A stretch of DNA of 64,000 nt, taken from NCBI GenBank assembly GCA_013239625.1, contig MU053881.1, positions 9,943,957 to 10,007,956 of the forward strand. The letters are read 5' to 3'. Under the pieces are notes generated by a model. It saw only the letters and a program-made list of their open reading frames with translations, was not told where the DNA came from and did not search any database. The position numbers were made by a program, and so were the translations under genes. Origin of the DNA: Lama guanicoe. Lineage: Eukaryota. This document shows, in pieces, positions 26,250 through 40,130 of the stretch (positions within the stretch are counted from its first letter, which is position 1; each line of letters starts with the position of its first letter).

Positions 26250-28060
26250 TAGAAGACAGAAACAGAATCAACACAGAAATATTTAAAATTACATTAAGAT
26301 CGGGGGCTAAGTGTCCCATGTTAAGCAAAAGAAGACATATTAATGAAATGGAAATTTTCAGGACAGATAAATTAGTTTAAAATAGTCTTAGAAAAAATAT
26401 AAAAAGAATATGAAATGTTCAATTACAATAGAAATAAAATACAGGGTGATAAAATGTGACTCTAAGATATAAGTGGGAATTTAAGGTGCAAGTAAGTGAA
26501 GTCATAACCAGTAAGTATTAAGTATAATTCCGTAAAAACTCTAAATTATAATTGTAGTAAGTAAAGTGGCAGCAGAACTCCTATTAAGAACAAAGAAGAA
26601 GGTGAAAAGGTAACAAAATCTTATACAAAGGTGAAAATGTCCATGTAATTTTGGAATGGTGTGAGATGAAAAGCTGAAAATAGAACAGGAATAGATAAAA
26701 GAAAGTAAATAATGACAAAAAGAAAAGGGACTTGAGAAGAGTCACAACTTCAGTGTAGCATGAAATTGAAACATGGCAAACGGATAATATGAAAGTCTGA
26801 AAAGGCAAATGACAAAAGGACAAAAGAAAACCTCAAATGGTTAAAAAACAAGGCAAAGCTTAAAAGATTTTGGGTGATTCTGAAGAATTAAGTTAACAAT
26901 GCATTGGGATATGTTGAAACATACAAATGAGAACCAATGATTGAACTCTACAAAGAAAATGAATAATGAAAGACTTTAGGAAGTTTTTTTTTAAAATTTT
27001 ACTTTAAAGCTGAATAAGGTGAGATAAACATCTCGCTCAAAACCTGAAAAGAAACACATGGAAACAAATGCTTGCTTTAATGGGAGGTCAAAGAGCAAGA
27101 GAGAAATTGCAGAAATGCTTTTGAAAAGATAAAAGGCCAACAGAAAGCTGAAAGGAACTAGGAAAAAAAAAAGAAGGTTACTAAGAGAAGGAACTGCTGA
27201 GAAAGGCACCTTTCTCAATTATTTATCGGCTTTCTGAAGTAAGTTGTTATGAGATATTGCTACAAAGGATGCTACTAAATAGGAAACAATACAAGACATG
27301 ATTACAAAGTATAAGAATTTAAAAAATATGAACCATAAACAAATGCAAAGAGAATCGGATGCCAAAGACAGCAGAATTCTATGTATACAGAAAGCTGAAA
27401 TATTACTGCCACAATTTGAGACAGAAATTTGGACCAACCAGTCACTGTCCCTGCTGCTTGTACTACAAACTGGATATTTAAAATATAAAATAAAATCAAT
27501 TGCTGGTACCATTGGGGATGGAACACACTCATCTATTTCACAAAACCCCACACCACCCTTGTATATGTATACGTGACTGGACTTTAAACTCCTTTACTGC
27601 CGTAAGTGTGAGGTGATAAAGATATAGTAAAATAAAGGAAATTTATATAAACTAAAATGGACAACACTAAAAAAAAATTGGGAAACTAAAGACATCAACA
27701 CAAAAATAGTTTACTTTTATCTGATGAAGTATTCGTCAAAAAAAAAAAAAGTTTGACTAAATAAGAGGAGGAAATACACCTGAGAGATAATTATGCAAGA
27801 AAAATAGGAGAAAGGCTGCATAAGAAAGCACACCTTTGAAACTATGTTAAGATAACAAGTTTTGAATTTGACAAAATTTAACAAAATTGTTGAATTCAAG
27901 ACTTCTTTTAGAGTAAGCTTAGAGAATATTACGGTCAGTTTGGAAAGTTAACTTTTTAAGATCCTGGAAATCAATCATTAAAAAACTGCCTAAGGAAAGA
28001 GCACACATGGTAGGAAGGAGAGGGGGAAAAAAAAAAAGCAGATCAAAAGAAATGTGATAC
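26250..28060 (+). mobile_element. Probable ancient RTE-clade LINE fossil (L4-like), endonuclease to start of RT
   Basis: About 1.8 kb with strong A skew. Decayed motifs occur in the expected order and spacing: GDFN..KV-like (about 26473-26496), TW...EID-like (about 26721-26770), KKG..KDIN-like (about 27669-27700). Confidence 0.45.
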
Positions 28061-28609
28061 ATTAGTTTGATAACAAGGAAGACTGATAATGGGTAAGAAG
28101 AGGATGGCTTGAAACCACCCCTGAGATGGTACAGGGTGCTATCTCTAAGTACAAAAGCATCATGTGGAATCACTTTTCTCTTGTCTCTCTGGGCTGTCTA
28201 GAGTTTGTTAGTGGGATGAGGTCACCACTTTGACCAAGCAGCTGGTAGAAACTGCTAAAAGCCATCTTCGAATTTTAGAAGCCTTGATGAAATCTTTATT
28301 ACACGAACACAGGATTTGCCTTCCAAAATTTGCCTGAGGAGTGAAGTCAAACCGCATCTCCACAATCATTTGATCAGAGTTATTTTCAATCTCCATCAGG
28401 CCATTTTGGCATGATGAACTTAAGACAAGAGCTGGGCCTAGAATCCAAGTGGCTTCACTCTCATTTCAGGCTTGCTCTGCTTTAACTCATACGAAGTCAG
28501 GCAACAATGAAGATCACCCCTCTTAAGCCTTAAGTCTAGACAACTCTGTAATGAGATTTTCAAGATATAGAACTCCAATACCTTATTTTTAAGGCATTCA
28601 TTCACTTAC

Positions 28610-28780
28610 ACATTGAATCTGATCCTTATAACAACCTTCTGAGAGATGTAGAGAGGGTCTTATCATCCCAGTATCTCCAAAGAGGAAAGAGGTTCAAGAA
28701 TTCGTACAACTATTCAGGTTAATAAAGTACATGGCAGTACAAATTAAAATCTAGATTTTTTTCTGGACCTTCCATACACA
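28610..28780 (-). mobile_element. MIR SINE fragment
   Basis: 'gatccttataacaaccttctgagag...ttatcatccccag...agaggaaagaggttcaag'. Confidence 0.6.
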
Positions 28781-30535
28781 GTACCCTAAAATTACAGACT
28801 GCTAATATTTACTCATTCCTCTCTCTCCATGCAGCATACTGGCTTATTAAAGAAAACATTTAACATCTCAGTCTGAACGATTTGCATCTGTACTATTTTT
28901 AAAAGAATATAAAATAGCTAGGTACTTGATTTAAATTTGCGTTAGTAAGAATTGCATTGAGGTATGTGAAGTTGAACCATTTTCCTTTTCCTGGTCAAGA
29001 AAATAGATCTCAGGTAGACCCAATGACCGAACACTGGTGCCCCTGTCCTCCACACCCAGCTCCAGGTCCTTCCTCTTTGCAGCGCCTTTTGAGTTCTCAC
29101 TCACACACTTTACATTTGGTACACATTGCCACGCTCTTGAAAGCAATTTTCTCAGAGCACAAAGGATTTCTTAAAATGTTACAGTATAATCTAACAACTT
29201 TACACACTGTTTAAGAAATACAGAAAAGGACAACTTGCTCTCATTTGCTTCTCAAATGTCAAACCCATATACAGTAACACAGTTTTATGGAATGTAGGGT
29301 TTTTCCCCCCCTTCTTGGCATTAGACATTACATTACTTTTCTGTGACATAAATTGAAAACAAAATCATATTACCTGACAAATTGTCAGCAATTTGCCAAC
29401 ACTAAATGTTACTGGGTCCATTAGTACTTGTATATTGAGTTTGTTTTATATGATTTTTTTTCCCTTCCGTATAGCCACTGGTAGAAGAGAAATGCAAAGT
29501 GAAAAGAAAAAGTAGTTTAATCAGTTAGCACAGAATGCAGATTTTGATGTAAAAAGAAAGCCTTGCTCCATATTAGTAATTTTGCAAAACAGGTTCCCAA
29601 ATTACCTCTCTGGACATTTGGAGAATTTCTAGAGAGCTAAATGTACACAGAAGCTATTTTGGAGGCTTTCCTTAGAGAAGAATTTGATACATACATAAAT
29701 ATATACTTTTTTTTCTCATTTGAACACAGGCTTTATCATCATATGTTTGCACTGTATTTAGGGATCATCAAGGACAGTTGTAGGTCAAGGTCTTGTACAC
29801 CCACACAGAATGGCGGCATCATTAACAGAAACAGTTTAAAATTATATTTGGATTGGCATAGGAGAGGGAATGTGATGTTTAAAGATTCAGATAATGGAGC
29901 CTGAAGCTAGAATACAAGGAAATTGGAAAATGTGGGCCACATATTTCCTTTGGGTTCTACATACGGCCCGTAATTGGTTAGATAAGATGGCAGATGCTCG
30001 ATGTTCCTTGTGCAAGTGGATGGATGAATAGATGGGCATGTCAAGATTCAAAATGGGGAATTCCAATGGGCAGCTGGAGAAAGAAACAACCTAAGGGTTT
30101 TTTTCCCTTCGTTATGATGATGCTATGCAGGATTTTTAAGGATGGTCCACTTGAAAATTTACAGTAATCCTCAGATACCATCCTGAGAAGTAGACAAATC
30201 AAAGAACTCTCATGGTAATTTTTAGCAGCCATTTTTACTAGGTGTGAGTCAAACTGTCCAACCTTGTATTACTTCCCAAGTTCTGGAGAGGTGATGCTAA
30301 GTATTTTAATGGAGAAGCTATGAAGAATGTCCTCCACATACAAAACAGATCCTTTGGATATTCTCATCTTTTTTTTTTCCACACAGAAAACATATGTTTA
30401 AAAAAAAAATCTTCAGAGAAAAGAGTTTGGGTAGAATCGATGTTAACAGAATCCACAGGTATCTTCCATGACCATGTGGTCTTTGGACTGGTAGAGGGCT
30501 TGTCTGTTCTCTGCTTTTGTGTTTTTTAATATGAT

Positions 30536-31059
30536 TGTAATAGAGGAGAACAAATCTGACTCTATATTGGATCTGTTCCTTTAGTTTTGACCACTGTGCC
30601 TCGTTTTCTAGGCTTAGTCTTGCTAGCCCTGCACCTTTTGTAAAACAGAGTTGCCTTTAGCCTGAAATACATAGGAGAGCCTATTCTCGGGGCTCTGACC
30701 TTTAAGGATGTTAACACTTTTGCACTTACGCAGAAAAGGCAAGTTGCAAAATAGAGAATAACCTTTGTTTTGCTGGAGATTTACAGGGACACCATGGCCT
30801 GACCCACATGGACTGCTGCAAGAACAAAGAATTTCTGCAGTAATAAGTTTGCAACAACTAACCACACCCCCTCCCCTGTTTTTTGAATAAAAGGAGCCTC
30901 TATTCTGACTGGAGTAGGATGGCTCTCCAAGACATTAGTCTGCCATCCTCTCGGTCTGCTGGCTTTCCAAATAAAGTCACTATCCTTTGCCCCAACACCT
31001 TGTCTCCCGATTTATTGGCCTGTTGTGCAGCGAGCAGAGTGAGTTTGGACTCGGTAACA
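30536..31059 (+). mobile_element. Solo ERV1-class LTR, copy A
   Basis: TGTAAT...GGTAACA termini; AATAAA at 30970-30975 followed by U5-like 'ctttgccccaacaccttgtctcccgatttattggcc'; colinear with 49220-49774. Confidence 0.88.
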
Positions 31060-32493
31060 CTATGACAATTCCAAAAGCAAGCATCTTCTTTAAATACAAG
31101 TGATTATATAAGTCCAAACAAACAAACAAACAAACAGAAAGTGGGAATTTTAGATGAGATTCTGAATTTTTCAGGAGAAAATGATAACCATGTCTTCATG
31201 CAGTTAATCAGGAAATAGGTGAATGAGACAGTACCACAGGTCTATCTAATGCTTCAGGACTAGCTACTCCGACGCTGCGGTATTTTAATAATCTAATATA
31301 ATGCATGACTTACTATTACAGCTGTATATCAGAAATAAACACAATAAATAAACCCTCCCTGGAATAGAATCTGTAAGCTTGTTGCTACAAAGATTTAAAG
31401 TGTGATTTTTAAAATTGCTTTGAACAGTGGCATCTGTATGTTTTGTTTTTAAAAAATGTCACATGAAATAAACTGATATTTTTTTTCCCCCTCTTTGTGC
31501 TCAAGAATTTACTTTCTTCACATTAGGGAAATCTTTTGGTTTTCGTCATCATTTTCTTCTTCTTCTTCTTCTTTGTAAATTTTAATTTCTACTTCCAATG
31601 ATCAATGAATCCTAGACGTAAGAGATGAGAAATCACAGCAAATCTTGAGAAAGTTCTGCCAGATTTGGAGGGAGGGGAAGAAACGTGTCCCATTTTTCAG
31701 GAGGTGTTTTGTGTGTTTTTTCTAAAATTGTCATGGACATGGCTAAGTAATTCAGATTAAGGGAGATACATAAACATTAGAGTATTTTAAGTCGCCTTGT
31801 TAAAGGCCATGGGGTCATACAATATGCTTGAGGGTGAGAGAAAGCTTTCTCTTGAAAAGGAAGGATTCCTCACCATCAATCATCTTGGGAAAACTTTAAC
31901 TCCAAACTGAAACCAATGAAAAGGTATTGGACTGAAAACAATTGCAGGGGACTAGGCCAGCCATACCAGGGAAGTACATGGAACCATCCCTGTGGTTGGA
32001 GAAAAACTGTAGCCTGTCCTGTGTATCCAAGCCAGCAAGGGAGTCTGGGAGCCAGGAGGCAGAGACCCCATATGTTGTAGTTAAAAGGGCTGAGCATCTA
32101 CTTTGAGCAAATGAGACAGGAAAGAGTGGTGGGGGCTTCCCAGGAGCCTGAGGGCTGAGACCAGGAAGGCTCCTTGAGGATGCTAGCTGTATCCAAAGAA
32201 GCCAAGCTCTTAGCAACAGAGCCAGTGGCCTAGCAGCAAGGTGAACTGGCCTAGCGGAACACAGTGCATTCAGTCATAGCTAAGATCTGAGGGAGGGAAT
32301 GCAGGGGGTCAATGGCACGAAGTAGACCAGCGGCGACTCATGCCACAATCACTTGTGGTTATAAAGGGAAACATGGCTGTACTTTGTAGCTAAAGCCAAA
32401 ACTCTACAAGACTCCCTAGAGACTCTGAAGCTAGACTTTTATAACCTATTTGCAAGCCTACTCTATCTTGTTTATTTGCTTAGTTTCTTAGGT

Positions 32494-32673
32494 CGGTGCT
32501 ACCCAAAATGTGGTCCCGCAAGTGGGCAGAATCAGCCTCACCTGAGAACCTGTCAGACCTGTAAATAAACCTTCAGGCCCAGCCAGGCACACAGAATCAC
32601 AATCTCCGGAGAATTCATGTTTTAACAACTTTCCTCAGCTATTCTTATGCATGCTAAAATTTGAGAACTATTG
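32494..32673 (+). mobile_element. MER5A (hAT-Charlie)
   Basis: 'cccaaaatgtggtccc...agaatcagcctcacctgagaacctgtcaga...ttttaacaa...attcttatgcatgctaaaatttgagaactattg'. Confidence 0.8.
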
Positions 32674-32689
32674 CCTTAGACCTTAGACC

Positions 32690-32960
32690 GCATATTGTGG
32701 TGGTTTAAAGCAAGACCTCTGAAGCCAGACTGCCTGGAATCGAATCCCAGCTCCACTACATATCAGCTGTGTGATTTTGGCCAACTTACTTAACCTCTCT
32801 GTACCTCAGATTACTCACTTGTTAAACAATAGCAGCAGCAGTAATAGTACCTGTCTCAATGTGTCATGAGGGTTGCCCTGAAAGTTATTTTATTAAGTAA
32901 ATAAAGTGGTATTTGTGAAGTGCTCAAAACAGAACCTGGCATATAGTAAGCACAATGTAA
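32690..32960 (+). mobile_element. MIR SINE, near full length
   Basis: 'ctctgaagccagactgcctggaatcgaatcccagctccac...cttacttaacctctctgtacctcag...cagaacctggcatatagtaagc'. Confidence 0.9.
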
Positions 32961-35900
32961 TAACAAAACACCTACTCAAAGAAGTTAAGTCTCCAATTTC
33001 TAAATTACCTTTGCAGCCTGGAGAACTCATTTGACTCAAGTAGACAATCATTATTATTTCTACCTATTCTTTGTTATGAGTAAGAAGAACCTAGATACTC
33101 AAAAGTTAATAATATTTTCTTCAAATTCCTCTTTACATTAGACAGTAACTGTTCTTTGGCTGTGGTTTTTAGATTTTGAAACTCTGGGGTATCAATATAG
33201 ATAGACAGATAGCTATTTTATTCAGAAGGCAAAATTCTACTCTATCCCTGTATAGGTTTGGAAGGAAGAAAAAAAAAAAGAGGCTTCATTTGTGAATTGG
33301 GCAGGGCATCAGGTACCCCAGCAATGGGGAGGAAAACACGAAAGCCTGTGTTAATGCTGGTATGGCAATATTTAAGAGTGTTCACGTCAAGGGGCCTGTG
33401 ACTACAGACTGGACTCCTGAGAACCCCTCCTTTCTATCTACTTCTTTCCCCAAGTCCTTCAACTTCCTTTTCTGGATCAGCACTACTTAAAAGTAAGTAG
33501 AGAAAAATCTCACTTTCTCTCTGCTTTTATATTCTATGACAAGGCATTTGCCAGCACCTGTGGAATACCTATTGTTACCGGGACTCACAGCTTTAATACA
33601 ATTATGGATTTCAACCCACTCTTCACAGTTTCCCGGGGAAGTTAAATATGGTTCAAGAATATTAAGTGGCTCTAAAAAATAAGATGAATTGTGGAAAAAA
33701 GAATCAGAGTTTCAAAAAACGTACTTCTAAAAATATTTCTGCAAGTGCAACCTTCATTGATTTTTAAGAGCAGCTTTATTTCTTCTCCCAAAATGCTGGG
33801 GAAAAAGTCAATTGGTTTTCTCTGTTTTACTTTACTTTGCAAAATAATGCTGATTTGGAAAAAAAAAATCATCACAATGGCCTAAAGTTCTGTGAAATAA
33901 TGATGCGGTGTGGCTTCTAGCTAATGGTCCCAGTATATTTGTAAATCAGAAGATTTATTCTGGAAGTTGTTACATAAATATCAGCAGGGTGGATTTCTTT
34001 CATTTATTTTGCATAATTACATTCAAAATGGATAGTTCTAGCATTTTAAAACCAATGCAATTGCCTGTAGGAGAAGGCCTTTTTATATTCATGGAAACAT
34101 CAGCATATTGCAAAGACATGTCTTGGTAGGTCAGAATTATTTGGGGTATCTACTTACCATCACAAATGAGAATTAGGGGAAAGAAAACCCTGTCTAGACG
34201 GAAAATGAAAATGGCACTGGAGGAATGGAGAGTGTCCCCTAAGTGTCTGACGTTCATGTTTTTACATGTTTACATTGCCCATTTTTAAAGAAAATAGGAG
34301 TCATTCTTAGGAGATATTTACATAGGACACTTAAAGATGAAAAAGTGCAGGCAACTTACTATCCCCCTAAAAATGTTTTTAAAACCTGCTTCCCATTTTC
34401 CACCTGACTCTACCTCATCAGCCCTTACTCTTATAGACTACAGACCCCACACGTTCTGATCTTAGCAATCCGACCTTATAGTTAATTTGCAGCAACATAA
34501 ATACTGCCAACCTATATGGGCAAAGATCTATTTTAAGTCAATCAACAATCCTCCCCTCTCCTAAGTGAGGAGGTTCCCCTGAATTTCTCTTGGAAAGTAA
34601 AAACCAAGCTTTCAGTGCCTTTCATAAGATTTACAAATATGATCCTATTTCTAAAGGCAAATTCATATGATCCAACACTCCACTTAGCTTCTGTCAATTT
34701 TTCTCCCAAAATTTTTCAGAGGACCAGAGACCACAGAATCTAAACTGGAGTCATTTATGAAAAGAAAGTGCAACCTGTCTCCAACAGTTTAATTAATTTT
34801 GCCTTAAATAAATGCCAAGTTTCATTTTCCCAGCTCGGGATGATGGTGGTCATCTTTGCCTGGTTGATATCAATATTTTCTCCCTGATTTGCTGATGGCC
34901 ATACATTTCTAAAGTTGTTCAGATCCCTTCTTGTTTTAAAATGACTTTCAGAATAGTTTGTCTTCATCAACGTGTCCTCTAGTGCGTCCGTAACTTTTGG
35001 AGAGCTGATTTTTCCATTCTTAGGCTGCAATGTACTTCCCTTCCAAGTTTATCATGCCTGGGCCCCCATGGCTTCAGGCTTCTTGAATAGAGTACGTAGT
35101 GCAGGATGTCTGGGAAACAGTTGAGTGTTTTCCTAAGTGCTTATGTCCAAACATACATCTCAGAAAATCGAAGTCAGACTTTTGATAAAAAATTCACCAC
35201 CAAGTGAAAGTTGATGAAAAAAAAAGTTTTTAATTATTCCAAGAAAAACACTTATAACAAAACTCCCATAGTCTCACAGTTCAATGAGTTCTTGATTTCT
35301 TCCTAGCCAAGTGCACTGATGTCTGAAATGGTTCCAGAGATGTACACATGCAATAGCTTATTACCATTATAAAACACTAAAATGCAGAAGCCAAAGGAGA
35401 GCCTTGGAAAAAAAAATTCAGTAGAGGAATCATTAATTATTACTGAATGTAAATGGATGATTTCATTCTGCATGGTGGGATCAGCTCACCCAAGTCTGCA
35501 TCTAAAAGCTTCCGTTTAACCAAATTTAGTGCTGTTGATAAATTTCCAGGTATCCCACGATATCTGTATCTTAGATGGTATAAAGTATGTTAAAGTTTTT
35601 TTTTTTTTCTTAAGCTATCCAAAGGAGAAGGCAAAGATTATTTTACACCACAAATTGTTACCGGAAGTGTGGGCTTGCGTGATAATCTCTGGATTGGCTA
35701 TTTTTTACCCTTGATTGATTTATAGGTGGGCCATTTGCTTTTTGGTACCCTGAATAAATAGCAACAAAAGTATTACAATGATGGCTGAATGTGTGTAATT
35801 GATTTTTGCTTCAAAAGTCTACTGTCATCACAAGTTTCTGTTATGCTGATTAGAACATGTATATAAAATTGGGTTTCAGAATATTCCTGCTGGGGATTCA

Positions 35901-37324
35901 GATTCAGCAAAATTCTTACCTACTGAAATTTAGACAGAATCCTGAAAGGTCCATGCAGTAAGGAAAACCAGTAACCTGAATAGTTTAGGTTACCTTCTAC
36001 TCAGACAGTCCCAGTATAACAAATTGTTCAAAAGAGGTAAGTTTTAACATAAGACAGCGTAGGTTCCCTGTAGTTTCCATGTTAACTCTCAGGGTTTATG
36101 TATCTCAAGTCAGCTTCCAAACAAAAGATCTTTTTGATGACTTCGCAATTGGTTTCATGATGAGTAGCACTTGGAAATGCTAAAAAAAATATGGCCTCAC
36201 AATGTGTGCAGATCAAGCAGAAGAGCTAAAGTTTAATATATCCTCATTAAGAAGATATGATCTATTTACCCACATCTGCCATTACTAGGAAGACTCAATG
36301 TTTAAAATGCAGGCTGTCGGTTTATTTCATTCTGTGCCCATAGGAAGCATTATTGCAACATGTCCAATAAATTGCAACTGCCCTATCTTTCTTAGATTAT
36401 TATCTGTATTACTCTGAAAGAAAGAGAGCAAATGGGTCTTTTCTCATCTCTCCATTTGTTATTCCGGTGGTTAGCAACAAGAATAACAGATGTAAATAAG
36501 GCCATGGTCCCTGGAGGTGCTGGCCACACAACAGGTAAGATAATTTCATCCTAACACTACTAAAAAAAGACTTCTTGGGTAACAATCCCAGAAGGATCTG
36601 TAGCAATATTACAGATCCTTCCTGGCATGTTTGTCCACATTATGGTCAGTGATGTCTTGTTCTTCACACTTAAAATGAAAAGGAATATGGTCTGGATTCT
36701 TCTCACGCATCCTAAAAGGCTAGCCTGGAAACTCTGCTTTTATTATGTTACAACTGCTCATTTTGTTCCTACAAGCTTCCTTTCTTGCGAGTTCACAATG
36801 TAATTTTATCTAATTCATACAATTTCCCCCGACACAAATCTGGGAAGGGCTGTATACAGAAATCCACCTACTTATAGGCCAGACCTCTCAAAGTGGAGAG
36901 AATTGTTTATAATATTAGCTCTTAGCACAAAACTGGAAGCAATGGAGTACCAACTATACATCAGGGGCACATGAATCTATTTACCAAGGTAAATGTTCTC
37001 ATCTGGTCTCTTAAGACATTGACATGAAAGATTCGTATATCTATTTGTAATAAACTAATTATATATAATCATGGGTTCATAATGGATAGTGATTATTTAG
37101 ATTGCCAATTTAGCTGAGTAGTCCTAAATTAGTAATTGACACCGTATCCTTCTATATTTATTAATAATAATAAACAACTAAAAATTACAGTGGATTAGGT
37201 GGTACAATTTGATTGTATCTCACGTAAATATTTTCATACCATACTTGCCAAATCCAAGTGGCCAGCGTTATTATTATTATTGTTATTATTATTACTGCAT
37301 GCATTATAATATAAACCAAGAACA

Positions 37325-37570
37325 ATTATTTGGGGAAGGCAATCTGGCAGTTACAATCAGAAAAAGTTGTGTGCATGTTATGCCTTCTAAAAGTCTAATT
37401 CATGGAAATATTCAGTAGAAATATTCACACAATTTTGTAAAATATATGACCAAAGAAGTGTGTCAAAGCATTACCTGTGTAAGATAAAAATTAGACGTAT
37501 GAATGTCATCAATAAGAGGATTGGGAAACATATTATGGGCCAACTAGACGATACAGTGCTATGCGGGAAT
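37325..37570 (+). mobile_element. Old L1 (L1ME-like) fragment
   Basis: 'ttggggaaggcaatctggcagt', 'aatgtcatcaataagaggattgg...attatggg'. Confidence 0.55.
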
Positions 37571-38324
37571 GCGGGGGTGAATGTTTGGAGGTAGTCAGAC
37601 TATAAAATTTATACACATATATTTTTGTCTCCTTAATAATAAGCCATATATACACACACACGTGTATACATACATATTCATTCATTCAGACATAAATCAA
37701 AAACATTAAAACCATAATCAATTTTACCCTAAGTCTTAGCAGTTTAAGTTAATATATTCAAAGTTAAGACATTAATAAAAAATAAAGTATTTTATTAAAT
37801 TATTTTAATGAAGCTTCTGGCTAACTGTCATGTAGCCTTCATCTTAATTTTCTGTTATTCTTCATTGAAATACATTCTATTGTCCACCATACTTTCACCT
37901 CCCGGAATCAAAAGCCAGTATTGCCATTCTCTCGGTATTCTGCCAGTACCTAGAAGAGCAATGGCAAACCAAAGCAAACACTCCTTATGTGTAACTTGAG
38001 CAAATCACGAGAAGTCAGAAGACAATTCCGCCAGCTCCAGCAATCAGCACAGCACTATGTACAACACTAAAGTCTTGGCTCGACTCCCAAAATATGTGCT
38101 ACTCTTGGTAACAAGCAAGCTCATGCAAGTCACCAAATACTGTGCTACCACTGTCCTCTGCAGAGGCTATCAGAACAATGAGCTCTCCTTCTGCGAGGGT
38201 ACCGTTCCTGACAGAAATAAACAGGGGAATACTCTCTGCCCATCTAGGGATATGAAACATGAAACTGCTTCCTCTTTTGCCATGAGAGTAAACATGCTTG
38301 GGTTTTTAAAAATTACCTTTAGAG

Positions 38325-40020
38325 AATGTTTGCTTCTAGCTAAGACTGAGTAATGAAGACCAAAATTACCCTCTCTTTAAAAACATCCAAAAAATAGACA
38401 TGATATATGAAACAGTGATTTTCAAGACACCAGGCAATGAAGGGCAATAACTCCTGAAAGAAGGGGAGCCTGACAATTACCTAGTTTACTGCTTTGAGAA
38501 ATTTTCCAGACTGCAGCACAGGGAGGGGGAAACCAGGCCAGAATGTGAAGAACCACTGAGTTAGGGGGACTGTGCTGAGAGTGAGAGAGGAAGACAAAGG
38601 AAGGCAGAGGCTGCAAGTCACAGTACTATAGAGCAGAGAGCTACACAGAGAGAAAATTCTGTAACTCTGTAGCAAGCACCCCCTAAATATTCGGCAGGTG
38701 ATGATCAATGTGCGCATGCAAGGAAACCAATGGTGGCCAGAAAATGAACAGCCTAAAAGGATCAGAGGAAACAATACCCAGTGCTCAGGCAGGGACAGCA
38801 AAGTACCTCTTCCCAAGACGCAAACTGGAAAAACCTCAAAATTCACAAAGAATTAGGTCAAGTACCCAGAGGAGTTTGCTTCTACAGTGGAGAATAATTA
38901 GCTCTAGGCTAACAAGGATAAAGCCTTGCTAGTCTGCTTGACAAATCTCAAAAACAAGACCTGGAAAGATCATGCTGTTTTTGGGTAACTCGGCTACATC
39001 TCAGAACAAACTTAGAAATATGCAAAGGAATACAAAAGTACCCAGCACTAAACATGGTAAAATTCAAAATGTTTGACGTCCAGTAAAAAAGTAACAGCCA
39101 TGAAAAAAAGCAGAAAATATGAGCCATCATGAGAAGAAAAAAATCAATCACTGAAACTGATGTAGAACTTACACAGATGTTAAAATTAGCAGATGAGGAA
39201 TATAATGTTATTGTACACTCTACATCCAAGAAATTAACTAGAGATGTGAAAGATATAAAAATAGACCTACATCAAAATTCTAGAGCAGAAAATAACAATG
39301 TCTAAGATCAATTGTATGCTGGATGGTACTGACAGCAAACGGGATAATGGAGAAAAAAATGATTAGTGAACTTGAAAGCAGAGAGCAACGAGGCTATGTA
39401 AAACTATACAGAGTAAAAATAATTTTAAAAGTGAACTAAAAATCTGTGAGTTGTAAAACAACCTTAAGTGGACTAATATACATGTGATCTGTGTCCAAGA
39501 AAGGGAAAAGGGAAGACAAATAGTTGAAGAAAAAATTACCAAAATGTCCAAATTTGATAAAAACTATGACCCCACAAACCTAAGACACTCAACAAGCTCC
39601 AAGTACAAAAAAATGAAGGAATTACATCAAGGTAAGTCATAATAAAATAAAATAAAATAAAATTAATATAAAATATTCAACATCCAGTGATAAAGAGAAG
39701 TCTTAAAATCAGCAAAGAACACACACACATACCCCCCCTACAGAGGAACAAAGAGGACAGAAGATTTCTTGTTGGAAACAAAGCAAGCAAGCAGACAGTG
39801 GGACGATATTAAAGTACTCAAAAACAAATGTCAACCTATAATTCTATACCCAGCAAATACACCATGACAAAGATGAAATGAAGTCTTTTACACATACTAA
39901 CACTGAAATAACTCACCACCAGCAGATCTGCACTACAAGAGAAATGTCAAAAAACAAATAAAAGGGAACAAAACTAGATGAAAATATGGATCCATGTAGA
40001 GGAATGAAGAACACTTGAAA
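38325..40020 (+). mobile_element. Old L1 5'UTR plus decayed ORF1 (L1MC/L1MD-like)
   Basis: ORF1-like A-rich sequence: 'gattagtgaacttgaaag', 'aatgtcaacctataattctatacccagcaaa', 'caccagcagatctgcactacaaga'. No intact frame. Confidence 0.75.
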
Positions 40021-40039
40021 TTCCCTGTGCAATAAGCTT

Positions 40040-40130
40040 CACAATTCTTTTACAAATGAGGAAACTGAGGTTTACTGAGATTCAGTGATCACCAGTAAAT
40101 AACAGCGTCACTACTAGAATTCACACAGCG
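40040..40130 (-). mobile_element. MIR core fragment
   Basis: 'ttttacaaatgaggaaactgagg'. Confidence 0.7.

Noticed and set aside
26250..28060. Horizontally transferred BovB element
   Set aside because: Far too degenerate, with no open frames and no BovB 3' end seen. An ancient vertically inherited LINE is more plausible.
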